Positions 20,677 through 31,477 of a DNA stretch of 64,000 bases are shown here, piece after piece. Origin of the DNA: Pseudomonadota bacterium. GTDB lineage: Archaea > Thermoplasmatota > SW-10-69-26 > JACQPN01 > JAJPHT01. Position numbers and translations under genes: made by a program. Below the pieces are notes generated by a model. The model did no database searches, was not told where the DNA came from, and saw only the letters and a list, made by a program, of their open reading frames with translations. The DNA is taken from assembly GCA_021325135.1 (NCBI GenBank), contig JAJPHT010000045.1, positions 28,205-92,204 on the forward strand, read 5' to 3'. Position 1 is the first letter of the stretch, and each line of letters opens with the position of its first letter.

Positions 20677-21320
20677 GCGCCATGCGCCTCCTCGTGCGCG
20701 CGCCCTTCCTGGCGCTCCTCGCGCTGCTCCTCATGCTCCTGGGGCTGCGCTCCAGCCTGCTGCGCCTCGTGCCGCTGGACCTTGGGGCCTTCCCGCTCAA
20801 CGCGCTCCTCTTCGCCGCGCTCGCGCTCCTGCTCCTCCCCGCGCTCCTCGCCCGCGGCTCGCCCCTTCCCCTCGCCACCGCCGTCGCCCTGCCCGTGGTC
20901 ACGCTCTCGGCGTATGGCGAGAGCAAGCTCGACTGGCTGCGCACGCTCAAGGACTTCGGCGTCGCCGAGACGGGCGGCACCTCCTTCGCGCGCCTGGGCC
21001 TCGCGCTGGCGGTCCTCGTCCTCCTCTGGGCGCTCCACGCGACGGACTTCGCCGCGCGCCTGCGCTGGCGCGCCCTCTCGCGCGGCATCCCCGAGGAGCA
21101 GGCCAACGGCGCGGCCCTCGCCTCGCTGGCCCGCAGCGGCGCGGCCACCCTCTTCGCCCTCGCCGTCACGGCCCTCCTGGGCGCCGCCGTCTTCTGGAGC
21201 GCCGCGCTGGGCGACGTGCTGGGCCTCGCGGGGCTCGCGTTCGTGGTGCCGCTGGCGGCGACCGCGCTCGTGGGGATCGGCGGCTACGTCCTGGTGCGCG
21301 GGGCGCGCTCGTCCGAGTGA
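20673..21320 (+). CDS. Hypothetical membrane protein
   Basis: Hydrophobic; GTGA overlap with the DUF58 gene. Confidence 0.65.
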   Translation: MSAMRLLVRAPFLALLALLLMLLGLRSSLLRLVPLDLGAFPLNALLFAALALLLLPALLARGSPLPLATAVALPVVTLSAYGESKLDWLRTLKDFGVAETGGTSFARLGLALAVLVLLWALHATDFAARLRWRALSRGIPEEQANGAALASLARSGAATLFALAVTALLGAAVFWSAALGDVLGLAGLAFVVPLAATALVGIGGYVLVRGARSSE

Positions 21321-21410
21321 TTCTCCCCCTGCTCGCCGGTCCCCGATGCAACCCGAACCCACGAACCGCCGGACCACAGTCCCTACTTTGGTCCGGTGGA
21401 GAATGAAAGG

Positions 21411-21974
21411 TCAGCGGACCAAAGTCAAGAGATCAGCCTTCGAGACGATCCCGACGACCTTCCCCTTCTCCAGCACCAGGATGGCGTCTTGGTCCTCCAG
21501 GAGGCGGTACGCCTGCTCGACGCCCATCTCGGGCCCGGCCATGGGGAGCGGCGGCGCCATGAGGTCCTGCACGGGCGTCCGCGCGAGGGCGTCCGCGTCG
21601 GTGGCCTCCGAGAGCGCGTGCACGATGACGCGGTCCGACAGGCTGCCCACGGGGGAGCCCTTGGCGAGCACGGGGACCTGGCTGATGCCCTTCTCGCGCA
21701 TGACGCGGATGGCGACGCTCACGGTGTCGGTGGCGCGCACGGTGGCGACGGGCCGCGTCATGACCTCGCCCAGGAGGATGCCCTTCCCTTCAGCGCGGTT
21801 GAGCGCCTCCAGGATCGCGTTGTAGGTGGAGCAGCGCGGGTCCACGGTGCCGTTCTCGATGCGCGCGATCAGGGGCTGCGAGACGCCGGCGGCCTTCGCG
21901 AGCTGCGCCTGCGTGAGGGCGAGCTTCTTGCGCAGCGCGCGCACCTCGGCCGGGTGCGGCATGTGGAGCGGCAT
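21411..21974 (-). CDS. XRE-type HTH transcriptional regulator with two CBS domains
   Basis: LTQAQLAKAAGVSQPLIARIENG HTH followed by a CBS pair; typical archaeal architecture. Confidence 0.88.
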   Translation of the reverse strand: MPLHMPHPAEVRALRKKLALTQAQLAKAAGVSQPLIARIENGTVDPRCSTYNAILEALNRAEGKGILLGEVMTRPVATVRATDTVSVAIRVMREKGISQVPVLAKGSPVGSLSDRVIVHALSEATDADALARTPVQDLMAPPLPMAGPEMGVEQAYRLLEDQDAILVLEKGKVVGIVSKADLLTLVR

Positions 21975-22065
21975 CGATCCCTGCATGAGAACCGGCATTT
22001 GATAACCCTTGTGCATGCACGCCAGCCGGCCAAGGGCTTTTGCGGCCCCCTGGGGATGCGCCCGC

Positions 22066-22797
22066 GTGAGGCTGCTTCCCGCGCTCCTCGTCGCCATCCT
22101 CTGCGCCGCTCCCGCCGCGCTGGCCGAGGACACGCTCACCTCCTTCGAGACGCCCCACCAGGGGAAGGACGCGCAGTGGACGTTCCTCGTGGAGGGGCGC
22201 GAGGCCTACAACGCCAGCGCGGTCGTGTTCCTCAACGCCGTGCGCAGCCCCTTCGAGATCATGGTCCGCGCCCAGAACGGCACGACGATGTTCGACCAGA
22301 AGGGGGCGCGCGGCATCCAGACGCTGCCTCCGCTGGCGCCAGGCCGCTACACGGTCGTCGTCAAGGGGGACGGCACCTTCTCCATCACGCAGCGCTACCT
22401 CGACGCCGCGGGGACCGCGGGCGGCGTCACCGACGTGAACGCCACGCTGGGCGCCACGCAGGGATGGGTCATCGTCCCCTCGCAGGCGTGGCGCGTGTTC
22501 GTCAACGGCAGCGTCTCCGTGGACTGGGACGACCTCGTCACGGCGGGCGGCTCCGCGAACCTTGAGCGCCTGGAGGCCCCGCTCAACCACACTATCCTCG
22601 CGGGGCGGCCCGCGTTCCTCCTGCTGCGCGGCGACCCCGGCTCGGCGTACTCCATCCACCTGGAGCCCGCGCCCGACCTCGCCGCCGCGGCGTCCGCGCC
22701 CCCGGCGGCCAAGACCCCGGGCCCCACGCTGGCGCTCGTCGCATGCGCGACGCTCCTCGCGCTGGCGCTGCGCCGTGGCCTCGGCCGCAGGCCTTAA
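22066..22797 (+). CDS. Secreted/surface protein with PGF-CTERM-like C-terminal anchor
   Basis: Signal peptide; C-terminal KTPG, hydrophobic helix and basic tail (RRGLGRRP). Confidence 0.65.
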   Translation: MRLLPALLVAILCAAPAALAEDTLTSFETPHQGKDAQWTFLVEGREAYNASAVVFLNAVRSPFEIMVRAQNGTTMFDQKGARGIQTLPPLAPGRYTVVVKGDGTFSITQRYLDAAGTAGGVTDVNATLGATQGWVIVPSQAWRVFVNGSVSVDWDDLVTAGGSANLERLEAPLNHTILAGRPAFLLLRGDPGSAYSIHLEPAPDLAAAASAPPAAKTPGPTLALVACATLLALALRRGLGRRP

Positions 22798-22824
22798 GGG
22801 CCACCGCCGGGCTGCCCACGCCTG

Positions 22825-24876
22825 ATGGAGCAGCAGCGAATCCTCGTCGCCGTCGCGTGGCCCTACGCCAACGGGCCGCTCCACCTGGGCCACGTCGCGG
22901 GGAGCCTGCTCCCGCCCGACGTGTTCGCCCGCCACCAGCGCATGAAGGGCGCCAAGGTCGCCATGGTCAGCGGCTCCGACATGCACGGCACGCCCATCAC
23001 CGTCGCGGCCGAGAAGGCCGGCATGGCGCCCGAGACGTTCGCCGCGGCCTACAACGCCAGCCACAAGGAGTCGTTGAAGGCGCTGGGCATCCGGTTCGAC
23101 CTCTTCACCAGCACCGCGACCGCGAACCACCGCGAGGTCGTGCACGACGTCTTCCTCACGCTCCTGGAGCAGGGCCACATCACCAAGCGCAGCATGACCG
23201 CGCCCTACGACCCCACGGCGCGGCGCTTCCTTCCCGACCGCTACGTGGAGGGCACCTGCCCGCACTGCGGCTTCGAGGGCGCGCGCGGCGACCAGTGCGA
23301 CAACTGCGGCCGCACGCTGGACCCGCAGGAATTGAAGAGCCCGCGCAGCAAGCTCTCGGGCGCGGCGCCGGAATACCGGGAGACCGAGCACTTCTTCCTG
23401 CGCCTGCCCGCCTTCGAGGAGCGCCTCAAGGCGTGGACCGCGCAGAACGAGGACCACTGGCGCGCGAACACCATCAACTTCACGCGCAACTGGCTCGCGG
23501 AGGGGCTCAAGGACCGCCCCATCACGCGCGACATGACCTACGGCGTGCCCATCCCCCTCCCGGGCTACGAGGACAAGCGCATCTACGTCTGGTTCGAGGC
23601 CGTGATCGGCTATCTTTCCGCGACCAAGGAGTGGGCGAGGCTCTCGGGCCACCCCGAGGCGTGGAAGGAGTTCTGGCTCGACCCCAAGGCGCGCAGCTAC
23701 TACTTCCTGGGCAAGGACAACATCCCGTTCCACACCATCATCTGGCCCTCCATGCTCATGGGGTACGGCGACGGCAAGGGGCGCGCGTACAACCTGCCCT
23801 ACGACGTGCCCGCGAACGAGTTCATGAACTTCCAGGGCGCGAAGTTCAGCAAGAGCCGCGGCAACCTCATCACCGTCGACGAGGCGCTCTCCACCTTCGA
23901 GCCCGACGCCGTGCGCTACTACCTCGCCATCAACCTCCCCGAGAAGGGGGACGCCAACTGGGACTGGCCCGACTTCGTCGCCAAGGTCAACGACGAGCTG
24001 GTGGGCACCTGGGGCAACCTCGCGCACCGCGTCGTGAGCTTCACGCGCAAGCACGTCGACCACGTCCCTCCCGCCGGGCCCCTGGGGGAGCGCGACCGCG
24101 CCATGCTCGCGCGCATCGAGGCCACGCACGCCACCGTCACCGACCTCCTGGGCCGCGTCGAGCTGAAGAAGGCGCTGCGCGAGGTCATGGCCCTCGCCGC
24201 CGAGGGCAACCGCTGGTGGGACGAGAAGGCCCCCTGGAAGCAGGCCAAGGAGGACCCCGAGGCGCTGAAGACGACGCTCCACGTGGGCCTGCGCCTCGTG
24301 CGCTCGCTGGCCCTCCTCACCGCGCCCTGGCTCCCCTTCAGCGCCGAGAAGCTCTGGCGCACGCTGGGCGAGACGGGCAACGTCCACGACGCGCGCTGGG
24401 ACGACGCGCTCAGCGATATCCGGCCCCACAACAAGGTCCACGAGCCCACGGTGCTCTTCACGAAGCTCGACCCCAAGATGGTGGAATCCATGACGCAAGC
24501 CCCTCCCCCGGCCGCCGCGGCGCCCGCCGCCCCCGCGCCTTCGCCCTTCAAGCCCCAGGTGACCATCGACGACTTCGCCAAGCTGGACCTCCGCGTCGCC
24601 CAGGTGATCTCCTGCGAGCCGCACCCCAAGGCCGACAAGATCTGGGTCCTCCAGGTGGACCTGGGCGTCGAGAAGCGCCAGATCCTCGCGGGCCTGCGCG
24701 AGCACGTCAAGCCCGAGGAGCTCGTCGGGAAGAAGATCGTCGTGATCGCGAACCTGGCGCCGCGCCAGATCCGCGGGCTGGAGAGCAACGGCATGGTCCT
24801 CGCGGCGGAGGTCGACGGCGTCGTCGCGCCTCTCACGCCCGCGAAGGACGTGCAGCCCGGCGCGGGGATCAAGTGA
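22825..24876 (+). CDS. metG: Methionine--tRNA ligase
   Basis: PYANGPLHLGH, Zn knuckles CPHC/CDNC, YVWFEA, KFSKS, C-terminal tRNA-binding OB domain. Confidence 0.97.
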   Translation: MEQQRILVAVAWPYANGPLHLGHVAGSLLPPDVFARHQRMKGAKVAMVSGSDMHGTPITVAAEKAGMAPETFAAAYNASHKESLKALGIRFDLFTSTATANHREVVHDVFLTLLEQGHITKRSMTAPYDPTARRFLPDRYVEGTCPHCGFEGARGDQCDNCGRTLDPQELKSPRSKLSGAAPEYRETEHFFLRLPAFEERLKAWTAQNEDHWRANTINFTRNWLAEGLKDRPITRDMTYGVPIPLPGYEDKRIYVWFEAVIGYLSATKEWARLSGHPEAWKEFWLDPKARSYYFLGKDNIPFHTIIWPSMLMGYGDGKGRAYNLPYDVPANEFMNFQGAKFSKSRGNLITVDEALSTFEPDAVRYYLAINLPEKGDANWDWPDFVAKVNDELVGTWGNLAHRVVSFTRKHVDHVPPAGPLGERDRAMLARIEATHATVTDLLGRVELKKALREVMALAAEGNRWWDEKAPWKQAKEDPEALKTTLHVGLRLVRSLALLTAPWLPFSAEKLWRTLGETGNVHDARWDDALSDIRPHNKVHEPTVLFTKLDPKMVESMTQAPPPAAAAPAAPAPSPFKPQVTIDDFAKLDLRVAQVISCEPHPKADKIWVLQVDLGVEKRQILAGLREHVKPEELVGKKIVVIANLAPRQIRGLESNGMVLAAEVDGVVAPLTPAKDVQPGAGIK

Positions 24877-24966
24877 CCCCCGAAGCGCGGCCACGTCCAG
24901 CCTAACACTCTGGGAGTTCCGCAGCGATCAAATAGGGAAGCCCGCCCACGCTGGGCGGTCGAACCC

Positions 24967-26214
24967 ATGGGGAAGGCGTCCCGAATCGTCCTCGTCGCGC
25001 TCGCGCTGGTCCTTCTCCTGCCTTCGGCCCTCGGCCAGGATGACAACGCTCCGAGGACCATCCACGCCCACCACTACGTCCGCGTGCCCCTGGACCCTTC
25101 CGCCACCGAGCGGCCCATCCTCGTCTCGTGGAACGCCACGGCGCCCATCGACGTGCTCGTCCTCACCAGCGAGGAGGCCGAGCGGTTCGCGAACGACTCG
25201 GACTGGGTCGTCCCGGGGGACGCCTTCCTCGCCGTGCGCTCCGCGACGCAGGGGCAGTCCCACGTGACGATCCCCCCTGGCGTCGCCGCCGCGATCATCT
25301 GGGACAACACCGCGAACCCGGCCGACGGCGCGCCGGGCGCCACGGACGTGTCCGTCGAGATGGGTGCCTACGACGTCGTCCTCCCCGACTCCAGCCCCCA
25401 GGGGCTCCTCCGGACGGCCACGTTCCAGCAGGAGGCATGGGCCCTCCCGGGGCTCCCGGGGATGGGCATCGCGCCCCAGGCCATCCTCTTCCTGGCGATC
25501 GCCATCGGGTGCGAGGTCGTCGCGTGGCGCGAGGACAAGCGGCGCTGGATCGACCTGGGCATCATGGTCGCGCTGGGCGCGCTGTTCAGCGCGTTCGTCT
25601 CGACGGAGGGCGTCATCCTCCCCGACACGCGCCTCCTCACCATTCCCGCCGTAATCGTGGGCATCTACGCGGTGCGCCGCTACCGGACGAGGGCGGCCGC
25701 CGTGGCGGGCGTGTTCGCCGCCTGCTTCTGGGGGCCGTTCCTGGGCGGGGACGTCCTGAGCCTCGCCCTGCACCACGGCACCATCGAACGCCTCTGGGAC
25801 ACCCAGTCCACCGTGTTCGTCATCGGCGGCGCGGGCTGGGGCGACGCCCTCGTGCTCGTGCCCATCCTGGGCGTGCTGTCCTTCGCGCTGCGCGGCTTTG
25901 GCGTCCTGGGGCTCCTGGAGCGCCGCCGCAAGCCGGCCCCGCGCCCCGTGGTGGCCGGCACGCGCAACGCCGAGGGCGTCCACATCGACGTGCGGAACCC
26001 CACCGACGCGCCCCTGGAGGGGCTCCAGGTGGAGGTGTTCGACGGCGACTCGCGCGAGAAGCTGCACGGGCAGGACGTCGAAGGCGCGGTGTCGCCCGGC
26101 TCGGCCATGCAGATCGCCGTCCCGCTCTCCGCCGCGGTCGCGGCGCTCCCCGCGCTCCACGTCGTCCTGCGCTCGTCGCGCGGCGAGCACGCCCTGGACC
26201 TGCGCGCGCCGTAG
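24967..26214 (+). CDS. Hypothetical membrane protein with extracellular N-terminal domain
   Basis: Signal peptide, beta-rich domain, TM bundle and soluble C-terminal domain. Confidence 0.65.
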   Translation: MGKASRIVLVALALVLLLPSALGQDDNAPRTIHAHHYVRVPLDPSATERPILVSWNATAPIDVLVLTSEEAERFANDSDWVVPGDAFLAVRSATQGQSHVTIPPGVAAAIIWDNTANPADGAPGATDVSVEMGAYDVVLPDSSPQGLLRTATFQQEAWALPGLPGMGIAPQAILFLAIAIGCEVVAWREDKRRWIDLGIMVALGALFSAFVSTEGVILPDTRLLTIPAVIVGIYAVRRYRTRAAAVAGVFAACFWGPFLGGDVLSLALHHGTIERLWDTQSTVFVIGGAGWGDALVLVPILGVLSFALRGFGVLGLLERRRKPAPRPVVAGTRNAEGVHIDVRNPTDAPLEGLQVEVFDGDSREKLHGQDVEGAVSPGSAMQIAVPLSAAVAALPALHVVLRSSRGEHALDLRAP

Positions 26215-26254
26215 CGGCAGCACGTTTTTCAGGCGGCGCGCCATCGGGCCTCCG

Positions 26255-27031
26255 ATGCGCCGCCCCTACGGCCGCAGCGCCGGCTACTACGACGCCATCT
26301 ACTCCGAGCGCGTCGACTACGACGGCGACGTGGAGTACCTGGCCAAGGTGTTCAAGACCTACGCCATGGGCAAGCCCAAGCGCATCCTCGACCTGGGCGC
26401 GGGCACGTGCACGCACGCGGTCCTGCTCGCGAAGAGCGGCATGCAGGTGGACGCCGTGGACGTCTCCGAGGCGCTCCTGGACGTGGCGGAGGCCAAGGTC
26501 AAGGGCGAAGGCGTCGCCAAGAAGGTCCACCTCCACCGCATGGACATGACCAAGAAGCTCCCCGAGGGGGAGTTCGACGCCGCCATCAGCATGTTCGGCG
26601 CGTGGTGCTATCTGCGCACCGACGAGGAGGCCTCGCGCATGCTCTCCATGCTCTCGCGCCGCCTCCCCATTGGCGGCCTCTTCGTCTTCGAGTTCTGGAG
26701 CCCCCTGGGCTGGAACCCGCAGAACCGCTGGGACGAGGCGGACCTCTCGGACGGCTCCCGCGTCCTGCGCTTGACGCGCCCCAACCTGGAGCTGAAGGAC
26801 GACGTCTACGAGTTCGAGATGGAGCACGTCGTCGTCAAGGACGGCCAGCTTCTGGCGGACTTCAGCGAGGTGCACGGCCTGCGCCTGCGCACGCCCTTCC
26901 AGACGCGGGCCCTGCTCCAGCGCAACGGCTTCGAGGTCGTGGCCATGACCAAGGGCGCGCGCGAAGGCAAGTCGTTCGAGCCGCCCGGGCCCAACGAGTT
27001 CCGCGTGATGGCGATCGCCAAGCGGGCGTAG
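26255..27031 (+). CDS. Class I SAM-dependent methyltransferase
   Basis: YYDAIY, ILDLGAGT, VDAVDVS and GGLFVFE motifs. Confidence 0.88.
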   Translation: MRRPYGRSAGYYDAIYSERVDYDGDVEYLAKVFKTYAMGKPKRILDLGAGTCTHAVLLAKSGMQVDAVDVSEALLDVAEAKVKGEGVAKKVHLHRMDMTKKLPEGEFDAAISMFGAWCYLRTDEEASRMLSMLSRRLPIGGLFVFEFWSPLGWNPQNRWDEADLSDGSRVLRLTRPNLELKDDVYEFEMEHVVVKDGQLLADFSEVHGLRLRTPFQTRALLQRNGFEVVAMTKGAREGKSFEPPGPNEFRVMAIAKRA

Positions 27032-27067
27032 CCCGCCATTCGGCCGCGGCTCGCCCTGCGCCTCGCG

Positions 27068-27523
27068 TCACGCCTGATCCTTGGAGCTGGCAAGCTGCCC
27101 GCTGAGCGACTGGAGCTTTCCCGCGGCGGCGTCCTCCTCGTCGGCCAGGGAGACGAGCCGCTCCTTGAGCGCGGGCGTGGGCGCGTCGCGCGCGGCGCGG
27201 CGCAGCAGCTCGGCGCTTGCCCGCTTGACCTCCACGAAGCTCTCCACGATCTCCGCCGCGTCGAGGCCGCCGGGTGCCAAGGGCTTGGGCTTGCGCGGCG
27301 CCTCGGTCAAGTGCGCGGTCCAGTCCTCCAGGATGCTCTCCAGTTCCAGGGACGCGCTCGCGGCGCGGCGCCTCAAGGCCTGCACCATGGCGCGCTGCTC
27401 CTCGTCGGGCAGCGCATCGGCCAGACGACGGAGCCCGGCGGGGCCCACCGTCTCCTCGAGGTACTGGATCGTGCGAAGCTCGTTGAGCGTCCGGCCGAGG
27501 GCGGGGGAGAGCTCGTTCTGCAC
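27068..27523 (-). CDS. Hypothetical helical protein, ferritin-like pattern
   Basis: Four long amphipathic helices with a central linker; no complete ExxH metal motifs. Confidence 0.55.
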   Translation of the reverse strand: MQNELSPALGRTLNELRTIQYLEETVGPAGLRRLADALPDEEQRAMVQALRRRAASASLELESILEDWTAHLTEAPRKPKPLAPGGLDAAEIVESFVEVKRASAELLRRAARDAPTPALKERLVSLADEEDAAAGKLQSLSGQLASSKDQA

Positions 27524-27676
27524 GTGGACGACCGTGCCCTCCTCTGACTTTGGGAGGTTGAAGCACCCTCTGGTTCAACCCACGAAATCGGGGGCTCCGC
27601 CGCCCGGCCCGGCGGGGGAAACCGGCATATAGCTGATCGGGGGAATGCGGCCGCAGGAACCTGGAGGACTGACCGG

Positions 27677-29950
27677 TTGCCCACCATCGAGTCGACCCCC
27701 GCCTTCGTCGAGGAATCCTACAAGAAGATGGAGACGCGCCTCGAGAAGGTCCGGGCCCGGCTCAACCGCCCCCTCACGCTGGCCGAGAAGATCGTGCTTG
27801 GCCACCTCCACGACCCCGAGGGGCAGGAGATGGAGCGCGGCAAGGCGTACCTCCTGCTGCACCCCGACCGCGTGGCCATGCAGGACGCCACCGCGCAGAT
27901 GGCCATCCTCCAGTTCATGACGGCGGGCCGGCCCTCCGTCGCCGTCCCCACCACCATCCACTGCGACCACCTCATCGTCGCCAAGGAGGGCGCGGCCAAG
28001 GACATGCCCGTGGCGCTCAAGGAGAACCAGGAGGTCTACGACTTCATGGCCAGCGCCGCCGCCAAGTACGGCATCGGCTTCTGGAAGCCCGGCAGCGGCA
28101 TCATCCACCAGGTCGTCCTGGAGAACTACGCGTTCCCCGGCGGCATGATCATCGGCACCGACTCCCACACGCCCAACGCGGGCGGCCTGGGCATGGTCGC
28201 CGTGGGCGTGGGCGGCGCGGACGCGGTGGACGTCATGGCGGGCTTCCCCTGGGAGGTCCTCCAGCCCAAGATCATCGGCGTGAAGCTCACCGGCACGCTC
28301 TCCGGCTGGACCGCGCCCAAGGACGTGATCCTCAAGCTCGCCGGCATCCTCACCGTCGCGGGCGGCACCAACGCCATCATCGAGTACTTCGGCGAGGGCA
28401 CCAGGAGCATCAGCGCGACGGGCAAGGCCACCATCTGCAACATGGGCGCCGAGATCGGCGCGACGTGCAGCGTCTTCCCCTACGACGAGCGCATGCGCAC
28501 CTACCTTGCCGCCACCGAGCGCGCCGGGCTCGCCCAGGTCGCGGACCGCCACAAGCACCTGCTCGTGGCGGACGACGACGTCGCGAAGCACCCCGAGAAG
28601 TACTTCGACGAGGTCATCGAGATCGACCTCTCCACGCTGGAGCCCCACGTCGTGGGCCCGCACACGCCCGACCTCGCGCGCCCCATCAGCAAGCTCGCCG
28701 AGGCCGTCGCCAGCGAGAAGTACCCCAACAAGATCAGCGTCGCCCTCATCGGCTCCTGCACCAACTCCAGCTACGAGGACATCAGCCGCGTCGCGGACGT
28801 CGCCAACCAGGCCAAGGCCCACGGCGCGAAGATGGCGAGCCCGCTCCTGGTCACGCCGGGCAGCGAGCAGATCCACCTCACCATCCAGCGCGACGGCCAG
28901 ATGCAGGCCATCGAGGCCCTGGGCGCCACCGTGCTGGCCAACGCGTGCGGCCCCTGCATCGGCCAGTGGAGCCGCCCCGAGCTGAAGCCCGGCGAGGAGA
29001 ACGTCATCGTCACCTCCTACAACCGCAACTTCCCCAAGCGCAACGACGGCAACGCGGGCACGCTGAACTTCATCGGCAGCCCCGAGCTCGTCATGGCCAT
29101 GGGGCTCGCGGGGCGCCTCGACTTCAACCCGCTCAAGGACGAGCTGGTGGGCGCCGACGGCAAGAAGTACCGCCTCCACGCCCCCGCGCCCGCCCCCGAG
29201 ATCCCCGCCAAGGGGTTCGTCAAGGACGAGCACGGCTACCAGGCGCCCGCCAAGGACCCCACCAAGGTCCAGGTGCAGGTCGCCCCGGACAGCAAGCGCC
29301 TCCAGCTGCTGGAGCCCTTCGCGCCCTGGAACGGCCGTGATATCACCGGCGCGCCGCTGCTGCTGAAGGCCAAGGGCAAGTGCACGACGGACCACATCAG
29401 CCCCGCCGGGCCCTGGCTGCGCTTCCGCGGCCACCTCAACAACATCAGCGACAACATGTTCCTGGGCGCCATCAACGCCTTCACCGGCGAGGCCGGCAAG
29501 GGGAAGAGCCAGATCACGGGCGCCACCGAGGCGTTCCCCGCCGTCGCGCGCGCCTACAAGGCCGCCGGCCAGCCGTGGGTCGTCGTGGGCGACGAGAACT
29601 ACGGCGAGGGCAGCAGCCGCGAGCACGCCGCCATGGAGCCGCGATATCTCGGCGGCGCCGCCATCCTCGCCCGCAGCTTCGCGCGCATCCACGAGACGAA
29701 CCTCAAGAAGCAGGGCCTCCTGCCGCTGAAGTTCGCCGACAAGAAGGACTACGAGAAGGTGCGCGAGGACGACCGCATCGACGTGCTGGGCCTCCAGACC
29801 CTCGCCCCCGGCAAGCCCCTCACCGTCGTCCTCCACCACAAGGACGGCACGAAGGACCAGTTCCAGGTGACGCACACCTTCAACGCGGAGCAGGTCCAGT
29901 GGTTCCGCGCGGGCAGCGCGCTCAACGTGCTGCGCCAGGCGAAGCACTGA
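27677..29950 (+). CDS. acn: Aconitate hydratase (mitochondrial-like type)
   Basis: [54 protein letters not shown] and GSSREHAA motifs; TTG start with GGAGG SD. Confidence 0.96.
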   Translation: MPTIESTPAFVEESYKKMETRLEKVRARLNRPLTLAEKIVLGHLHDPEGQEMERGKAYLLLHPDRVAMQDATAQMAILQFMTAGRPSVAVPTTIHCDHLIVAKEGAAKDMPVALKENQEVYDFMASAAAKYGIGFWKPGSGIIHQVVLENYAFPGGMIIGTDSHTPNAGGLGMVAVGVGGADAVDVMAGFPWEVLQPKIIGVKLTGTLSGWTAPKDVILKLAGILTVAGGTNAIIEYFGEGTRSISATGKATICNMGAEIGATCSVFPYDERMRTYLAATERAGLAQVADRHKHLLVADDDVAKHPEKYFDEVIEIDLSTLEPHVVGPHTPDLARPISKLAEAVASEKYPNKISVALIGSCTNSSYEDISRVADVANQAKAHGAKMASPLLVTPGSEQIHLTIQRDGQMQAIEALGATVLANACGPCIGQWSRPELKPGEENVIVTSYNRNFPKRNDGNAGTLNFIGSPELVMAMGLAGRLDFNPLKDELVGADGKKYRLHAPAPAPEIPAKGFVKDEHGYQAPAKDPTKVQVQVAPDSKRLQLLEPFAPWNGRDITGAPLLLKAKGKCTTDHISPAGPWLRFRGHLNNISDNMFLGAINAFTGEAGKGKSQITGATEAFPAVARAYKAAGQPWVVVGDENYGEGSSREHAAMEPRYLGGAAILARSFARIHETNLKKQGLLPLKFADKKDYEKVREDDRIDVLGLQTLAPGKPLTVVLHHKDGTKDQFQVTHTFNAEQVQWFRAGSALNVLRQAKH

Positions 29951-30007
29951 GGGGCCGCAGGGAAAACCCTGCGCCCGGTTAAGGGGGCGTGAGGGCTCTC
30001 CGGGCCC

Positions 30008-30205
30008 GTGATCCGCGCCCTTCTCCTGGTCTGCGCCCTCGTCCTGCTCTCCGTCCCCGTCGTGGCCGCCGACCCGGGGCCCGGCGGCCCGCCCGAGGAG
30101 CCCTGCAACCCCAATTGCACCGGGAACCCCGCGATGGACGCCCTCGCGGGCGACCTGCTGGCGTTCGTGGACGGCCCCGGCACGCCCTGCCGCCCCAGCT
30201 GCTGA
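30008..30205 (+). CDS. Small secreted Cys-rich peptide (65 aa)
   Basis: Signal peptide; two PCxPxC motifs; TTAA box about 26 nt upstream of the GTG. Confidence 0.6.
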   Translation: MIRALLLVCALVLLSVPVVAADPGPGGPPEEPCNPNCTGNPAMDALAGDLLAFVDGPGTPCRPSC

Positions 30206-30252
30206 GCCGCGTCTCCGTCACCTTCACATCCCCGGAGGGCTCCTGCGCCCGC

Positions 30253-30486
30253 GTGAGCGCGGACCTCTTCGAGCGCCGCGGCGTGGCGCCGAGCCCGCGC
30301 AAGGTGCCCTGCGAGTTCTGCGGCCAGCCCCTGGTGGACCCCATCGAGGAGCCGTTCAACCTGGCCTTCATCGGGCACCTCAAGGAGAGCGCGCGCTGCA
30401 TGGAGCTGTTCAGCTACGGCATGACGGCGCTGCGCAACGAGATCGGCGTGCGGCTGGGCCAGAAGCCGCAGGTCGACGGCCTCTGA
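30253..30486 (+). CDS. Small zinc-finger protein
   Basis: CEFCG...H...C pattern; GTG start; coding-like codon usage. Confidence 0.6.
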   Translation: MSADLFERRGVAPSPRKVPCEFCGQPLVDPIEEPFNLAFIGHLKESARCMELFSYGMTALRNEIGVRLGQKPQVDGL

Positions 30487-30487
30487 C

Positions 30488-30772
30488 TCAGTCCTTGTAG
30501 CTCATGTGGCTGGGGTGGCGCGGGAAGTCCTGCGGCTCGCGGCGCGAAGGGGGCGTCGCGCGCAGGATGCGGTCGGAGCGCGTGGCGTCGGCGAGGCGGC
30601 CCAGGTCCGCGATGGCGCTGAGGTAGTGGAGCCTCGCGTTGGGGGCGAGGCCCGAGGCCTTGAGGTCGGCGCTGATGCGCGCGAGGGCCTGGCGGGGCTT
30701 GGAGGGGAGGGGGGCGATCTTCTCGGCGATGCGGCTCTCGGCGTAGGCGTCGGTGACGGGCGCGCGCGTCAT
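30488..30772 (-). pseudogene. Possible remnant of a tyrosine-recombinase N-terminal domain, or small hypothetical protein
   Basis: LKASGLAPNARLHYLSAIADLGRL resembles the integrase core-binding (SAM-like) helices; no catalytic domain follows. Confidence 0.3.
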
Positions 30773-30828
30773 GGGTCCTGCTGGGCGCTCGTGGGATTTG
30801 GCTTTGCGGGCGAATCCGTTCCGGCCCT

Positions 30829-31473
30829 TCAGGCGGGGGGCTTCCCGTAGAGCTGGTCGAGCCCCTGCTTCACGCGCTGCGTCTGCCACCGGGTCACGTC
30901 GCGGCCGATGAGGGTGAGCTTGGGGACGAGGCTGCGGGGCAGGCGGAGGAGGTCCGGGTTCGCGTCGGCGTGGTCGAAGACCCACTCCATGAGAGCGGTG
31001 TTCTCCTCCACGATCCGGTCGGGAAGCTCGCGTGTGGGGAAGGCTTGGAGAAGCAGGTCGTCGTAGTCCTTCGCGCTTTCCACCCGGGCCAGCGTCGCGA
31101 GGTCGGGGAGGCGCCTGGCCATCTCGGCCTCGCACCGCTCCAGCACGGGCTGGAAGCGCGCGTCCTTGACCTTGACGATGAGGTTCAGCTCGCGCAGGCG
31201 CAGCACGCGGGGCGCGTTCTCGCGGGCGAGGCGTAGCGCGTCCTCCCCGGCGTCCACGCGGCGGGCGAGGTCCAGGAGGAACTGCACGTCCTCGCGCAGG
31301 CGCGGGCGAAGCTCCAGCGCGGCCAGCCCGCCCATGACCGCGGCCTCGACGCCGCGGGCGAGGAAGGCGAGGGGGCCGTGGGCTTCCTGGGAGAGGCGCT
31401 CGCGGAGGTGGTGGAGGCCCGCGTCCAGGTCGGCCTCCGCCTTGGCGAGAAGGATGCGCTCCGCGTCGCGCAT
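30829..31473 (-). CDS. Hypothetical helical protein
   Basis: 214-aa ORF, co-oriented and 4 nt downstream of the preceding gene; protein-like composition. Confidence 0.7.
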   Translation of the reverse strand: MRDAERILLAKAEADLDAGLHHLRERLSQEAHGPLAFLARGVEAAVMGGLAALELRPRLREDVQFLLDLARRVDAGEDALRLARENAPRVLRLRELNLIVKVKDARFQPVLERCEAEMARRLPDLATLARVESAKDYDDLLLQAFPTRELPDRIVEENTALMEWVFDHADANPDLLRLPRSLVPKLTLIGRDVTRWQTQRVKQGLDQLYGKPPA

Positions 31474-31477
31474 GGGA

